From assembly GCF_006345805.1 (NCBI RefSeq), contig NC_043006.1, positions 6,510,001 through 6,574,000 of the forward strand: a DNA stretch of 64,000 bases, written 5' to 3'. The stretch comes from Octopus sinensis. Lineage: Eukaryota. The notes beneath the pieces were generated by a model. It was given only the letters and a program-made list of their open reading frames with translations, was not told where the DNA came from and did not search any database. Below are positions 11,870 through 25,336 of this stretch, piece by piece. Numbering within the stretch: the first letter of the stretch is position 1; every line of letters begins with the position of its first letter. Position numbers and translations under genes: made by a program.

Positions 11870-12427
11870 GAGTGAGAGAGCAGTGCATGTCATCAAAGTG
11901 AGACTGGGGTAAAATATACGAAGCCCAATATACCCATCATGACTACCCGTCTGATAAAGGTACACCAGGCACATGCATCACAACCATATGTGCGCGACAT
12001 GGTGATCTCATATCAAGATAAACAGCACATGACCTTGCAGGTGGAGCCCAGTTAGAATTTTCTTCAGGTCGAGTAGCCCATCCCGCTCAAAAGGTCCCTG
12101 AATAAGGGTTGTTTAAGGATGTTGAAAGAACCACCCATGTTTCCAGAGGTGAATTATTCAAACTCCAAAGAATCCCTCTCAACACATGGCTATGATGCTC
12201 CCCCACTACTTCTGCTCGTGATCAGAGATGCACATATCGTCAGCCAGTAAGGGACATGCTCAACTGGTTAAAGTCAAACAACTGACAAGCAAATCTGTGG
12301 TATTGAGCAGAATATTTGCTGTAGCCCATTTTATATACCAAGACAAAACAATGTTCATGATAACACTTCCAATCAGTTAAGATCAGAAGCCACGAGAGCA
12401 ACTGCCTGGTACTGCATCAGGGCATTT
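11870..12427 (-). mobile_element. Non-coding retroposon embedded in (TAA)n
   Basis: About 555-bp unique body flanked by ATT repeats on both sides; second copy at 20182-20676 with the same left end. Confidence 0.8.
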
Positions 12428-12464
12428 ATTATTATCATTATTACTATTACTATTACTATTATTA

Positions 12465-12506
<42 letters not shown>

Positions 12507-13312
12507 CAATGGTATATATGACAACTGCGTGAGTGCGTAAATTCGGTTGTTTGAAGCCTCAGCGTGTGTGTACATACAGGTGCGCATGCGCACCGTATAT
12601 GAGTTACTGCGTGCGCAAATATATGGGTGTGCGTGAAAGCTGTGTGTATTAGCTGCATGTGTATCAATACATGGATGTGGGTGTGTGCGTGTGTATGCGT
12701 GCGTGCGCGCGCGCCAATTCTGTTTAAATTTGAATTCAGACACGTTTTCAAGTACTGCCCACACATCACCGATACAGTTGCCTTTGTTCTGTGCAATGAC
12801 AGCCCTTCTCCAACAGTGACACGTTTAACTGCTTCTCAGGTAACCATTTAGTTAGACTTCAGCTAGTGTCCCACACATGCACTCTATTCTCTATTTTCTT
12901 TTTACATCGCTACTTCGTCTTGCTGCTTTCACCTAAGGAGGTTATAAACTCTAAATCAAGGGACAGAGTACCGTTCATCGTTACCATTTCTAGTATTTGG
13001 CGTCTGCTCCCGTATGAACCACCTACTCCTGGGATTTATGCGCATAATATTGCACTTCTTGAATATTCGTAACTCAGGTTGGCTAGAAACTGTATGTAAA
13101 TATTATATTATTCATAGCGTACTCTTCTTTTTGAGACTCAGTGACAAATGAAATCTTCTTTGTAGCATATATGAACAAAAGATGTAACCCGAGAAAAAGC
13201 AAAAGCATCTCTAAAACAGGAAAATGGCTGACCAATATGTATGTACGTATATATATATAAATATTGGTCTACTTGTCTGCCTCCCGCATAATGTCTATAT
13301 ATATATAATGTC

Positions 13313-13345
<33 letters not shown>

Positions 13346-13350
<5 letters not shown>

Positions 13351-13552
13351 AATGTGACCGCGTGTGTACCGTTGGCGATTTTTTTTCCTCTGTCTTCCCT
13401 TCTCTGGATCTTTCCTTCTATGTTTCCGACGAAGAGCTCCGCTCGAAACGTTAAACCCCCCTTCTTTCCTTCTTTCCTGAGCGTCCAATAATACTTTATT
13501 TGTTCCACGTCCTCGCGTTGTTGTGTTTTTTTTTGTGCTTTCATGTTTGTAT

Positions 13553-13557
<5 letters not shown>
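13346..13557 (+). mobile_element. Short PLE-like repeat with hammerhead
   Basis: Near-identical to 19555-19758; flanked by (TA)n. Confidence 0.65.
13422..13456 (+). ncRNA. Minimal hammerhead-like motif, core CCGACGA
   Basis: GUUU-CCGACGA-A-GAGC-UCC-GCUC-GAAAC-GUU-AAAC; palindromic AACGUU stem III. Confidence 0.55.
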
Positions 13558-13611
<54 letters not shown>

Positions 13612-14252
13612 GCGTATATATATATATATATACATATATGCATAGTATATATATATTATATATATATATTGTATGTATTATCTATGTATGCATGCCTGTA
13701 TGTATTTATGTATACACACACGCACTCACTCACACACAAGCACACACACACACCCGCGCGCGCGTATGTAAGGGGAGAAGTGAATTTTGTTGTTCATGCA
13801 TTTACCTCGTGCAAAATATGCGAAATATGCAAAATTATTTCAGTCGGCAGCTAAAAGCGATGTAGCAGACTGGTTTGTACGAATTTATTTTAGCTTTATG
13901 TAAATAAAATAAACAACGCTTGTAATTGATTCATTTTCTGTAACCGGAGTGGAAATCTAGTCTTGTAAAAGAAATATTTGCTATTTTATGGGAATGAGAT
14001 CGCCACGAGAGAAGATGAAATATTTCCAAGGTTTGCCATATGTTCTAACTCCGTGTGTACCAGAACGAAAGAAGATGAGGTGTAGCAAAGCGATAGTGAT
14101 ACATTGATGGAATAGCAGCCACAGGAGGTTGGAATTGCAGTAGTTGTAGGAGGAGTAGAAGAAGGATGGGATGCGGATAAGCAGGCAGAGGTAGAGTGGC
14201 AGGGGGAGTAGTCGTAGGAGTAACAAAAGCAACAGCAGCCTCAGCAGCCGCC

Positions 14253-14286
<34 letters not shown>

Positions 14287-17200
14287 TTGCGATAGTAGTA
14301 GCACTATCAAAACCAGAAGTGGTAGTAGCAGCAGCAGCTGTTGTAGTGTACTGGTAGTAATGTTAATTTTAATTTTTCGTGAATCAGGTAATTTTTGTTG
14401 CTCAATCGACAGTTTGAGTTAAGCTCCAACGGTGTTGTTTATTTTCCTGTAATAACTGCCAAACGGTCGTGAGAACCACCAATTCTCTTGAAAAATGTTG
14501 GATTATGGAGTAATACAATGCAACACGATGATCACCGATGCAATGTTTTAGATTGCACGTCACCTCCAAAAGTGTTGTCCTGGAGTTAAATATTTGATAA
14601 CAATTTAATAACAATTTAAGGTGCAATAACATTAAATTTCTAGACATACACAATTATATTTAAGTCACGCGCTAACAATTGACTTAGTAACTCTTTTGCT
14701 GTCAAAAATTGTTTTACGTTCAAGTATTTCCTTGAAAGTTTTCCGACTTTGTTTAATTTGTTACTATTGAATCTTGTTATTACTGAAAATAATGTCGTGT
14801 AATTTCAAAGAATATTTATACGTCTTTTGCCATGTCTGATGCATCTTACTTTCGAAATTTACAATTTTCGCAATATATGTGTTATATATTTTGAGTAAGT
14901 AAAGACTCTGGCATCAAATAATACTTCTGGCAGAATTCCTCTCCTGGAAACCGTTGGAGGCATTTATTTTGGCATGCAAAATGTCTTCCTACTGCAATTA
15001 CCGTTTTTAACATCGACCTTCTGAGAAGTTATTAGTAAAAAAATTACTTCTCTCATACTTCGTTAGCATCTGAGGCGAAACTGTATGCGCACTGGCTCTA
15101 TTTGGGTTTGCCAGCACCCAAATCGATGGAGAAGAAAAATAAAAAAAATAGTGATGTTTACATGCATTAAGTATGACATCAGAGAAAAACATTCCAAGAA
15201 GTTTAATGTTGTTCTTTGGGAACATATTCGAGATAATATAAATGCTCTCTTATTTCTTATATTTTGTTTACGTTTTGTGATAACCATAATTGAATGGATG
15301 CTGGCAGGTTTTCAACAGACAAAATAACATAGTTATTTTATGAAGTGCGTTAGATTATCTACGTACTTACCTCTGAAATGGGAACATATAAAACACTGCT
15401 ATACATTGGTTGGGAAAAATATATTTTGAATATATGCGTTGATTTATTAATATAAGGAAAAATACAAAGACGATATACATTACTGATATAGAAACAAGAA
15501 CATTCAATTTTGTTTATAATATCGAAACTGGTGATGAATGTTGATAGAATTTGATTTTTTCAGTTTGAAATAACTTATGTATCATGCAAGTTTCCTATTA
15601 GTACAAGAATGATAATTGGAAAACTATGAGATAGTTACAATTTTTGTGGTAGGTGTATGTTTGAAACTCTAATATAGAGTATTCGTCATATTCTACATTA
15701 TAACTTGTGTTACTCTAGTTTGAAAATTTTTACATAAACTTCTCTGCAGTTTATGCAAAAATATTGATATCCTCTTAGAACAACACATGTCCTTGACAGA
15801 GGAAAGGCAATGTCATCTCAGCAGTATTTGAACTCGGTATGTAGAAAAGATGTTAGTTATAAAAGTTACTATAAACAGATGCTGTCGTTGATTGTCCATT
15901 TTTAATTTCATATCAAAATAAGTCAAGTTGAACAGGTTCGCATTAAATTTGATGTAAATTGAAGATGTGGAGTTCTAAACGTCTACTGCTGAGTCATTCA
16001 GACGAATACTTAATATATGTTTATCTTGTCTTCTTAAAGAAGAAATATACTGGGGAGGTTAAGAAGGTAATGCAATTATATTATTGATCCCCTGATGACT
16101 TAACGTAAGTCTCCTTGCGTCTAAGTACCAGCCTTGTGTAACATCTGGAAGGTATGGGATAATATATAAACTGAATGGAAAATCTGTGAAATACATGATT
16201 GTGTTTATTGATCCGTACCCTTGCATTTATCTTAAATATATCCGATTAAACTAAACTGTTTTCCGCTATATTGATCTAATCCGCAGAACTCCATTATAGT
16301 GGATGATTTAAGAGCGAAAGAACAAACAGTATATTTCTTACATCTGGTGCAACGAAACAAGCCTAATTGAAAATATATGTTTAGTTAATTTGATCCATTA
16401 TTAGAATTAAAAATGAATATTTTTACAGAAGACACTTGAATCTAATTTCACAACTTTTGTTTGAAATGCTGAAAACATAAGCTGAATTAAAAAAAAAAAA
16501 CAAGCATAAAATATTAAATAAGTAACGATACATCTATATTCCTGTGGGCTCACATTTATTTCCAATATTGTGACAACTGTGTTAATCGAAATAAAATAAT
16601 GAGTTAAATATTGCTTCCGTAGCAATAGAACAGGTATGATAAAATCTGAAGATTTGGAGTTAATAGCCTCATTAGACGAATCAAGCAATACGAAGTAGTG
16701 AAGTAAAAAGAAAATACAGAATATAGTGTTTGCAAGAGATGTCATGGATGAGTTGCCTTCAACCGAGCGTTTGAAGATAGCAAGAAATTTTTGATTGCGC
16801 GTGGAATTACTTGGAGTCTTGTGTTCTTTTTAATCAATCTATCCTACTTCTTTAAATTGGTTATACACACGTTGCTTTTAGAAGTTCAGTCGACTTAACA
16901 AATTTTATTGGCAATGTGCCCGGCGCGCGCCAAAGAACAATGGCGGGACGATTCTGTTGTTCTATGTCTTTCTGTTGTCGAATCTGTTTGCTATTTCCCT
17001 GAAAAATAAAGAGCAAGATTAGATTGTCAAGCAAGGGTTTATCAAAAAATCATATGTTAAACCCACTGGGTCAACTGCTTAAAATTGGACCCAGTTTATC
17101 TGCAATACCCTGTATTTCATGGAATTGCACTTACGCGCATGCGTTTAGTGATAGGTAATATATAAAAAAAATTAGTTTAATTTTCTTTTTAAATTACACA

Positions 17201-17339
17201 TTTTACAATTCAATTTCCACCTGTCATCACCACTTCCACATCAGCCACCTCCTCATCCACCACCACCATCACCTCTTTTCCTCATATCTCACCACACTCT
17301 CTCTCTCCGCTCTCTCTCACTTCTCTCTCCCCCCCTATC

Positions 17340-17525
17340 TCCCTTTCCTCTGTGGCTTTAGGAATGAGAACCCAAGTTCGAAATTTCCCCAAGACACCCG
17401 AAGAAGGCTGGAGGGTATATCAGCTGAAACGTTGCGTTAACAACAAACAAGATGAGGACAGATATCCGTCAAATGTAAATAATGTAATTAATGTACTTAA
17501 TTCTTCATCTCTTAAATATAGAACT
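17340..17525 (+). mobile_element. PLE-like 3' end with hammerhead
   Basis: Purine-poor stretch, then hammerhead fold at 17394-17437 and an A-rich tail. Confidence 0.55.
17394..17437 (+). ncRNA. Minimal hammerhead-like motif, core CCGAAGA
   Basis: ACAC-CCGAAGA-A-GGCUG-GAGGGUAUAU-CAGCU-GAAAC-GUU-GCGU; one mismatch in stem I. Confidence 0.5.
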
Positions 17526-17728
17526 GCATATGAGGAGTTAAGGGTTTTGCAGAATGCCTGGCTGGACACCCAACCTTCCGAGTTCCTTCACAGTGCTTTA
17601 AAAAAAAAACTGAAGGACCAATGCAATACGTGAGGGTATATGTTCAATAAAGTCATAACTTATTCTACTGTGTTTACGTTTAGCCAAAGCCAAGAACTTT
17701 TCAGCATCCCCTCGTATATGTAGGTACA

Positions 17729-18122
17729 AGGAGTGGCTGTGTGGTAAGTAGCTTGCTAACCAATCACATGGTTCCGGGTTCAGTCCCACTGCGTGGCATC
17801 TTGGGCAAAGTGTCTTCTGTTATAGCTCCGGGCCGACCAATGCCTTGTGAGTGGATTTGGTAGACGGAAACTGAAAGAAGCCTGTCGTATATATGTATAT
17901 ATAAGTGTGTGTGTTTGTGTGTCTGTGTTTGTCCCCCCTAGCATTGCTTGACAACCGATGTTGGTGTGTTTGCGTCCCCGTCACTTAGCGGTTCGGCAAA
18001 AGAGACCGATAGAATAAGTACTGGGCTTACAAAGAATAAGTCCCGGGGTTGATTTGATCGACTAAAGGCGGTGCTCCAGCATGTCCGCAGTCAAATGACT
18101 GAAACAAGTAAAAGAGTAAGAG
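17729..18122 (+). mobile_element. tRNA-derived CORE-type SINE, family B
   Basis: AGGAGTGGCTGTGTGG...GGTTCAGTCCC, CORE-like GCATCTTGGGCAAAGTGTC, internal TA/GT microsatellite, GAAACAAGTAAAAGAG end. Confidence 0.88.
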
Positions 18123-18181
<59 letters not shown>

Positions 18182-18687
18182 TGTATACATGTGGGAATAT
18201 TTGTATAAAAGTATATACACACGCACATAATACATACATAATTACATTCATGCATACATACATTACTGGCTATTTTAGTAAACCGATCCAACGTCCATAT
18301 CTGGACGTTTGCACTGTCCTTCTCACTCTCTGCCTTTCTATCCTCTAGTCAGCCTTTCAAACACGAAAAAAAAAAAGTATTAAATTATTTCGTCACATTT
18401 AACACGCTAATTTAAAATGGTGTCTAACATCCCAAATGTGTCTTCTTCCTGGATTTCTCTCAAACTTTATTTTCCTCGCTGCTCAAGTGAAAGAAACCTT
18501 TTCTGACATTATGCATATCTTGGCACTGACAACAGATATTTACAAGCAACAAATCACACTTTAAAACACATATGCTCACATAAAACAAAACCCTAAATGC
18601 ATAATTCTTTCACAACTACACACATGCGTTTTAATCCTGTTACATACATAAATATGGACTCAATATAATCTATCTTACAATCAAGGC

Positions 18688-18688
<1 letters not shown>

Positions 18689-18741
<53 letters not shown>

Positions 18742-19000
18742 ACACACACAGAGACACACAGACACACACACACAGACACACAGACACACACACCACACAC
18801 ACACACCACACACATACACACACACACAGACACACACACACCACACACAGACACACAGACACACACACAGACACACAGACACCACACACACACACACACA
18901 CAGACACACACACACACAGACACAGACACACACACACAGACACACACACACACACAGACACACACACACACACAGACACACAGACACACACACACAAACA
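18689..19000. repeat. Compound (CA)n/(CAGA) microsatellite
   Basis: Direct inspection. Confidence 0.95.
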
Positions 19001-19451
19001 CATATACGTCGGACACCCTGGAGTAGACCAACAACATACAATCAATATATCCTTTGGATCGGCCCCAAGGCGCTAAACACTCGTAAGGCTTGTTTTCTCT
19101 TTGTACTCAACCGGAATATCCATCCTATCTGATATTTGATATTCATCAATCATAGGCGATGACCACACGTTTATCCAACACTACATGGTATATATATTTT
19201 CAAGTACCCGATTCTATCTAAATATTTATCATACATACATGCATACATACATAGGGACAAAAACACCACTCCTTATTCTACTAGCCTTACAAACTAGCCA
19301 GTCCACTACTAGCCCTTTGTTTACAGCTACAACCACACATACATACACACACGCACACACACACGCACACACACACACACACACGTGTCATCATTGCACA
19401 CATACACACACACACGCACACGCACACGCAGACCTTCGCGCACGTACATAT

Positions 19452-19754
19452 CCACACTTACACACACATTCTCCCTCCTACCATTCTGCTGTCTTTGACA
19501 GAACTACTCTTCTGTCTTTGAAAACATCTTTCTTCACCCTTTTCCTTCCGGTCTTTCAAAATGTGACCTCGTGTGTACCGTTGGCGATTTTTTTCCTCTG
19601 TCCTCCCTTCTCTGGATCTTTCCTTGTCCTATGTTTCCGACGAAGAGCTCCGCTCGAAACGTTAAACCCTCCTTCTTTCCTGAGCGTCCAATAATACTAT
19701 ATTTGTTCCACGTCCTCGCGTTGTTGTGTTTTTTTAGTGCTTTCATGTTTGGAT

Positions 19755-19758
<4 letters not shown>
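19452..19758 (+). mobile_element. Short PLE-like repeat, longer copy of the 13346 family
   Basis: Same hammerhead motif at 19633-19667; extends about 100 bp further 5'. Confidence 0.65.
19633..19667 (+). ncRNA. Minimal hammerhead-like motif, core CCGACGA
   Basis: Identical to 13422-13456. Confidence 0.55.
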
Positions 19759-19817
<59 letters not shown>

Positions 19818-20121
19818 TTAGATAGATAGATAGAAAAATAGATAGATAGATATGTACGAGGTGGAGTACATATCTATCAACATATCTATCAACTATCAAC
19901 ATTTTTATATCCAAAATAATTTTTACTCCGCATTTCGTCTCATTGTGGAGTCATTGTTTCATGACTTCAGGTTTTTAACTTGACAGGCGATTATTCTTAA
20001 AAAGTCGAGACATATTTGGTCGTGTCTCGAAATTGATCAGGTATATTTCATAAGAATGAATGATTCTGCGAATAATTAGTATGGCGAAACTGTATTCATT
20101 ATTATTATTATTATTATTATG

Positions 20122-20153
<32 letters not shown>

Positions 20154-20181
20154 GATTATTATTATTATTATTATTATTATT

Positions 20182-20674
20182 GAGTGAGAGAGCAGTGCAT
20201 GCCATCAAAGTGACACTGGTGTAAAATATACGAAGCCCAGTATACCCATCATGACTATCCGTCTGATAAGGGTACACTAGGCACATGCATCACAACCATA
20301 TGTGTGCAGCATAGTGCTCTCATATCAAGATAAACAGCACATGACCTTGCAGGTGGAGCCCAGTTAGAATTTTCTTCTGGTCGAGTTAAGGATTGTTTAA
20401 GGATGTTGAACGAAACACCCATGTTTCCAAAGGTGAAGTATTCAAACTCCCAAGAATCCCTCTCAACACATGGCTATAATGCTCCCCCACTACTTCTGCT
20501 CGTGATCAGAGATGCATATATCGTCAGCCACTAAGGGACATGCTCAACTGGTTAAGGTCAAACGACTGACAAGCAAATCTGTGGTATTGAGCAGAATATT
20601 TGCTGTAGCCCATCTTTTATACCAAGACAAAACAATGTTCATGATAACACTTCCAATCAGTTAAGATCAGAAGC

Positions 20675-20676
<2 letters not shown>
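20182..20676 (-). mobile_element. Non-coding retroposon embedded in (TAA)n, second copy
   Basis: Homologous to 11870-12427; about 35 bp shorter at the right end, with a small internal deletion. Confidence 0.8.
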
Positions 20677-20731
<55 letters not shown>

Positions 20732-23032
20732 TATTGCAAATCAAAGACAACGTATATTAGATCATTTTAATCAACGTTTAATAACTAAAGTCTCGAGTGC
20801 ATGCCATGTTGCTTTATATTTTTCTTATAATGAACAATTATTTTGTAATATTTTCCCTTGTGACTTGCACAGAGTTTATTTTCGATATCACGCTGTCAAC
20901 CGATGGTTAGTCTACCTTGTTAAAAAATGAAAAAAATATCTCCCCTGTTGCAATTTATTCTTTTTTCTAAATGCAATAGTTTTGTCTGATGATCTATGCT
21001 ATTTAACTTTGACATATCTTTCCCAAATTTTCGTAGTTCTTGCTTTTCTTTCTCTTTAAATCGCCCTTTTGTGTCTGTCTCTAGAAGCCATAATACTTAT
21101 AAATGACTCCACTCTGTGCATCTCACTGATTTTGTTGCCAGTGTTTAATACAACGAATTAGAAAACAATATATTTGTTTCTTTGTTTTAATAAATATTTC
21201 TGTTGATGCAGCAAATCACGTTCTCACGTCATACACTGACATGTTCACTTCCGGCATATTATTTGGTTACCTCTATTATTGATTATTTTGCTTTCGCTTG
21301 AATTGAGGATAATATGAAATATTGTTCTGAAATTTGCCTAGTTTTATTTTCAAGATGGATGTTTTCATTCTGTACTGTTTTACAGTTCATTAAATTACGA
21401 AGAATGAAATTGCCTGAGTCGGCTATTTTATGTCAGAATTACAACAAGCAGCGTATGTTCAGCTTTGGATATCTCCACCAGGTAAAAAAAAACGTTGGTA
21501 CACTACTACGAAAAGTATGTTGTAGCTTTATACAGAATAATTAATATAGAGTAGCTCAGCTCACCAACAATTAGCTTTTGCTGTATTGTTTCAAGTTCAA
21601 GAGTGAAAATAGTGGAAACAATGTAAGGCTCGATACTAGCAGCCATTTCTGCTTCATAGAAACATTCACATTCTTGCAGTGCGTAAACTGTTTTAAACTT
21701 TATACCTGATTTGCATATGAAAACGTGGGAGAGAGCGAATTATTAGCTAATAGGCAATGAATTACGTGTTATGAGAATTATTCATTAAATGTAAAGTTTT
21801 TCAAAAATAGAAGCTATAAATTAACAATGAAATATATGCAATTTTAAACCGGAATTAATTGCAGACTGACGGATTTTTCTTTGAGAAAAACAAATATTTA
21901 TTCAGCCAAAAATATTATTGTGAAGTATTAATCACATGATAATTACATCTGTTTTAATAACTGACGTGTTATAATGAGGAAGTTTATGGTGTGTACTGGG
22001 AAATGAATAGTTGAATATATAATATTACGCTGGTAATTATTTTACTTGCTATAGAACACTGCAAATTATAATTAGCTATCTGCGCGCTGAAACGTTAAGA
22101 ATGAGGTATACAATTAAGTCCCGTGTGCTTCTAGGCGCAAGTATGAACGAGTGGTTAAGAAGTTCGCTTCACAACTACGTGTAACCGCGTTCGCTTTCCT
22201 CTGCATCACATTTGGTCAATGCCTTCCACCATAATACTTTTTTTAACCAAGACTATGAATGAAATTTTTCATACGGAAACTACGAATACAGCCACATGCG
22301 GATTTTGACAAACATATTTACACAAACAGACATACATGCAAGTCTGTATTTGTGTATGTGCGCGTATGTATGTATGTATCTGCTTGTTTAAGCGTTTCAG
22401 CAATTATATTTACCTGTGTTACAAAACAGAGGCCATTCGTAATGCTGTGTTGATTTATATCTTGTACATTGACAGATGCTGAAACAAGACTAAGTATACA
22501 AATAGGACAAAGTTAATAAGTAATGGGGAGAATGCGTTTTCTATAAAGCCTTGAAGGCAATGTCCTAACTCGATCATAGTTCAATGACTGAAAATGAAGA
22601 ATATTGATGACGGTATTAAATAAAATAGCTAACAAACTACGAATAAATCATAGTAGTAGTCCAGGTGGTGAATATATTATTCTATGGAGTTCTTCCTTCA
22701 TGCCAAAAACCATAAAAACAATAGATATAAAACAATCCAATATTTTGTCATAAAATTAAGGATTCAAAGTTACCATACAAAATACAGTAATATGAAATTT
22801 CACTAATAAATTCTAATCCTAAAATACTACCCTAAGTCACGTACAGCTAAATTCTATCGATAAAAACCATAAAACACAAAAGTAATACGTGACATTCAAT
22901 TATATTTTACAAGATATTTTTTGGAGAATAATATATACACATGCATATAAGCACGCGCACAGACACAACTATATACTATTGTGTTTGCACGCATGTGCAT
23001 ACACACACACACATACACGCACACACACACAC

Positions 23033-23064
23033 ATATATATATATATAATATATATATATAATAT

Positions 23065-23098
<34 letters not shown>

Positions 23099-23109
23099 AT
23101 ATATATATT

Positions 23110-23140
<31 letters not shown>

Positions 23141-23154
23141 ATATATATATATAT

Positions 23155-23189
<35 letters not shown>

Positions 23190-23200
23190 ATAATATATAT

Positions 23201-23231
<31 letters not shown>

Positions 23232-23288
23232 ATAATATATATATATATATAATATATATATATTTATATATTATATATATATTATATT

Positions 23289-23341
<53 letters not shown>

Positions 23342-23347
23342 TATATA

Positions 23348-23422
<75 letters not shown>
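23033..23422. repeat. Imperfect (TA)n microsatellite
   Basis: Direct inspection. Confidence 0.95.
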
Positions 23423-23426
<4 letters not shown>

Positions 23427-23587
23427 TAGAATACAAATAATGTTCAGAATTTACAGCAGCTGTTTCAACAGTCGTTTCATGTATTCATAGATTAGTTTTA
23501 TACAGGTAAGTGATGAGACTTCATATATATCAAAGTAAACGAATCCAACGTCGTAGGGGTTAGTAGTTCTTTAACAAACAGCAGTGA

Positions 23588-23907
23588 GGGCGCGTGGCTT
23601 AGTGGTTAGGGCATTCGGCTCATGATCGTAAGGTTGTGAGTTCGATTCCCGGCGACGCGTTGTGTCCTTGAGCAAGACACTTTATTTCACGTTGCTCCAG
23701 TCCACTCAGCTGGCAAAAATGAGTTGTACTTGTATTTCAAAGGGTCAGCCTTGTCACTCTCTGTGTCACGCTGATTATCCCCGAGAACTACGTTAAGGGT
23801 ACACGTGTCTGTGGAATGCTCAGCCATTTGCACGTTAATTTCACGAGCAGGCTGTTCCGTTGATCGTATCAGCTGGGACCCTCGTCGTCGTAACCGGCGG
23901 AGTCTTT
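23588..23907 (+). mobile_element. Mosaic tRNA-derived SINE (family C-like head and core, family A tail)
   Basis: A/B boxes; 11-bp TSD AACAAACAGCA at 23573 and 23911. Confidence 0.88.
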
Positions 23908-25336
23908 AAGAACAAACAGCATGCAAAGTTTTAGGAAAATCGAAATGTGTAGCTTGAACTGGAATGGAAGAAGCAAAGAGATAAAATGGCTAAATCATTT
24001 TAATTCACTTGTCTCAATTAGTTTATTGTTATTTAATATGCGATTGCTCACACAATCATTCAGACTTACTTTATTTTGTGCTTCTCATTAAAAGGTAGCG
24101 TAACTACGGAGATTATGAGTGAGGAAAACTACAATCTCTAAATTCAATTTAAGGATTAACAAAGCTTATCCTGTCGTCTGCCACCGAGTTTCTACTTCAG
24201 AATATTTTCTAGGAAATATTTCTGATATCTGTTCGAGCTTTCTCGTTGCTTGTTTATTTTTCCATTTTTTTAATAAATCCTAAATCTACGAATATTTTAT
24301 GTATGGTTGATGTGATTTTAATTAGAATGATTAAATTATTCGAATGGTTTTCAAACAGCAAATATCAGATATGGAAATCATAGTTATGATCTAGTCTACT
24401 GATTAACATGGTCTGGTGAAAAGAGCTGACATGTAGGGATCATTGACCTTTCGACACCTTTAAAAGCAATCTGGACCAAGCTGAACATATTATGGCTATA
24501 TTATACAACAGTGTTATATCTTTCTCATTTCACATTGCTGTACAAAATTTATTTGAGATATGAATTAGTGTCTTTCTTCACTGCTGGTTATTCAATTTAT
24601 TGCTAGGTTCAGAGCTCATAAAAATAACTGAATATAATGTCTAATGACTGAAGTATATAGAATTTCCTAAATGAGTGATCCCTGGCTCTATTTTCCGCAC
24701 AAGTATTTAAGTTTCGAATCGCTGTAAAAATGATTAGATAATTACAAAGATCTGAAATCGAGTGAATCAGTAGATAACAGTGATTGTCTGGAAATATAGA
24801 TATATTTCCAACTAATTAACTCAACACGTTCATTCCATATCTTTTTAAATTCAGTGTTTCCTCTGCTACTCTCCCGATGAGAAGCAATTATTTTTCTTTG
24901 AGTGCCTTTATCTCAATTCAACATCCACTGATATTCAGGTACAAAAACTTTATGACATTGGAACGTTCACAGCTTTAACATATAGCCAGCAGTTTGAAAC
25001 GTTTGCATTTTGGAAATGTCTTTACCATTTACTTTCGTAGAAATCCCCAAATAACAGTTTCTAATTTAGGGACAGACTTTGAAATTTTGCTGGGAGCGAT
25101 GAAATGCAAAGTTGATCTACGTGGGATTTGAAATTCGAATGATAAAAATCTCCAAAATATAGTGCAAAGCATATCTTCTTACACTAATAACATTCTTCTA
25201 TCTCGCTGTCCTCAGGAACTCTAAATACTACTATGACTGTTAGTATAAAATATTTCCTATACATATTCTCACTTATATCATCCGTTTTGAACAGAGTTAT
25301 CACTGTCTTCGACTCATATCATTCTGTTATACAATA

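Noticed and set aside
12330-12427. Hammerhead or HDV-like ribozyme at the 5' end of the TAA-embedded element (CUGAUGC on the minus strand)
   Set aside because: I could not build the GAAA/stem II arrangement or a P1/P3 double pseudoknot by eye
13981-14310. Leu/Arg-rich ORF
   Set aside because: Antisense translation of a (CAG)n/(TAG)n low-complexity tract
16622-16665. EF-hand-like loop NRTGMIKSEDL
   Set aside because: Not conserved in the paralogous segment near 12960; no flanking helix support
18593-19045. Long VCVC/YIYI/MYVC/HTHT ORFs here and at 22889, 30351-31337, 37068 and 54496
   Set aside because: Translations of dinucleotide and tetranucleotide microsatellites
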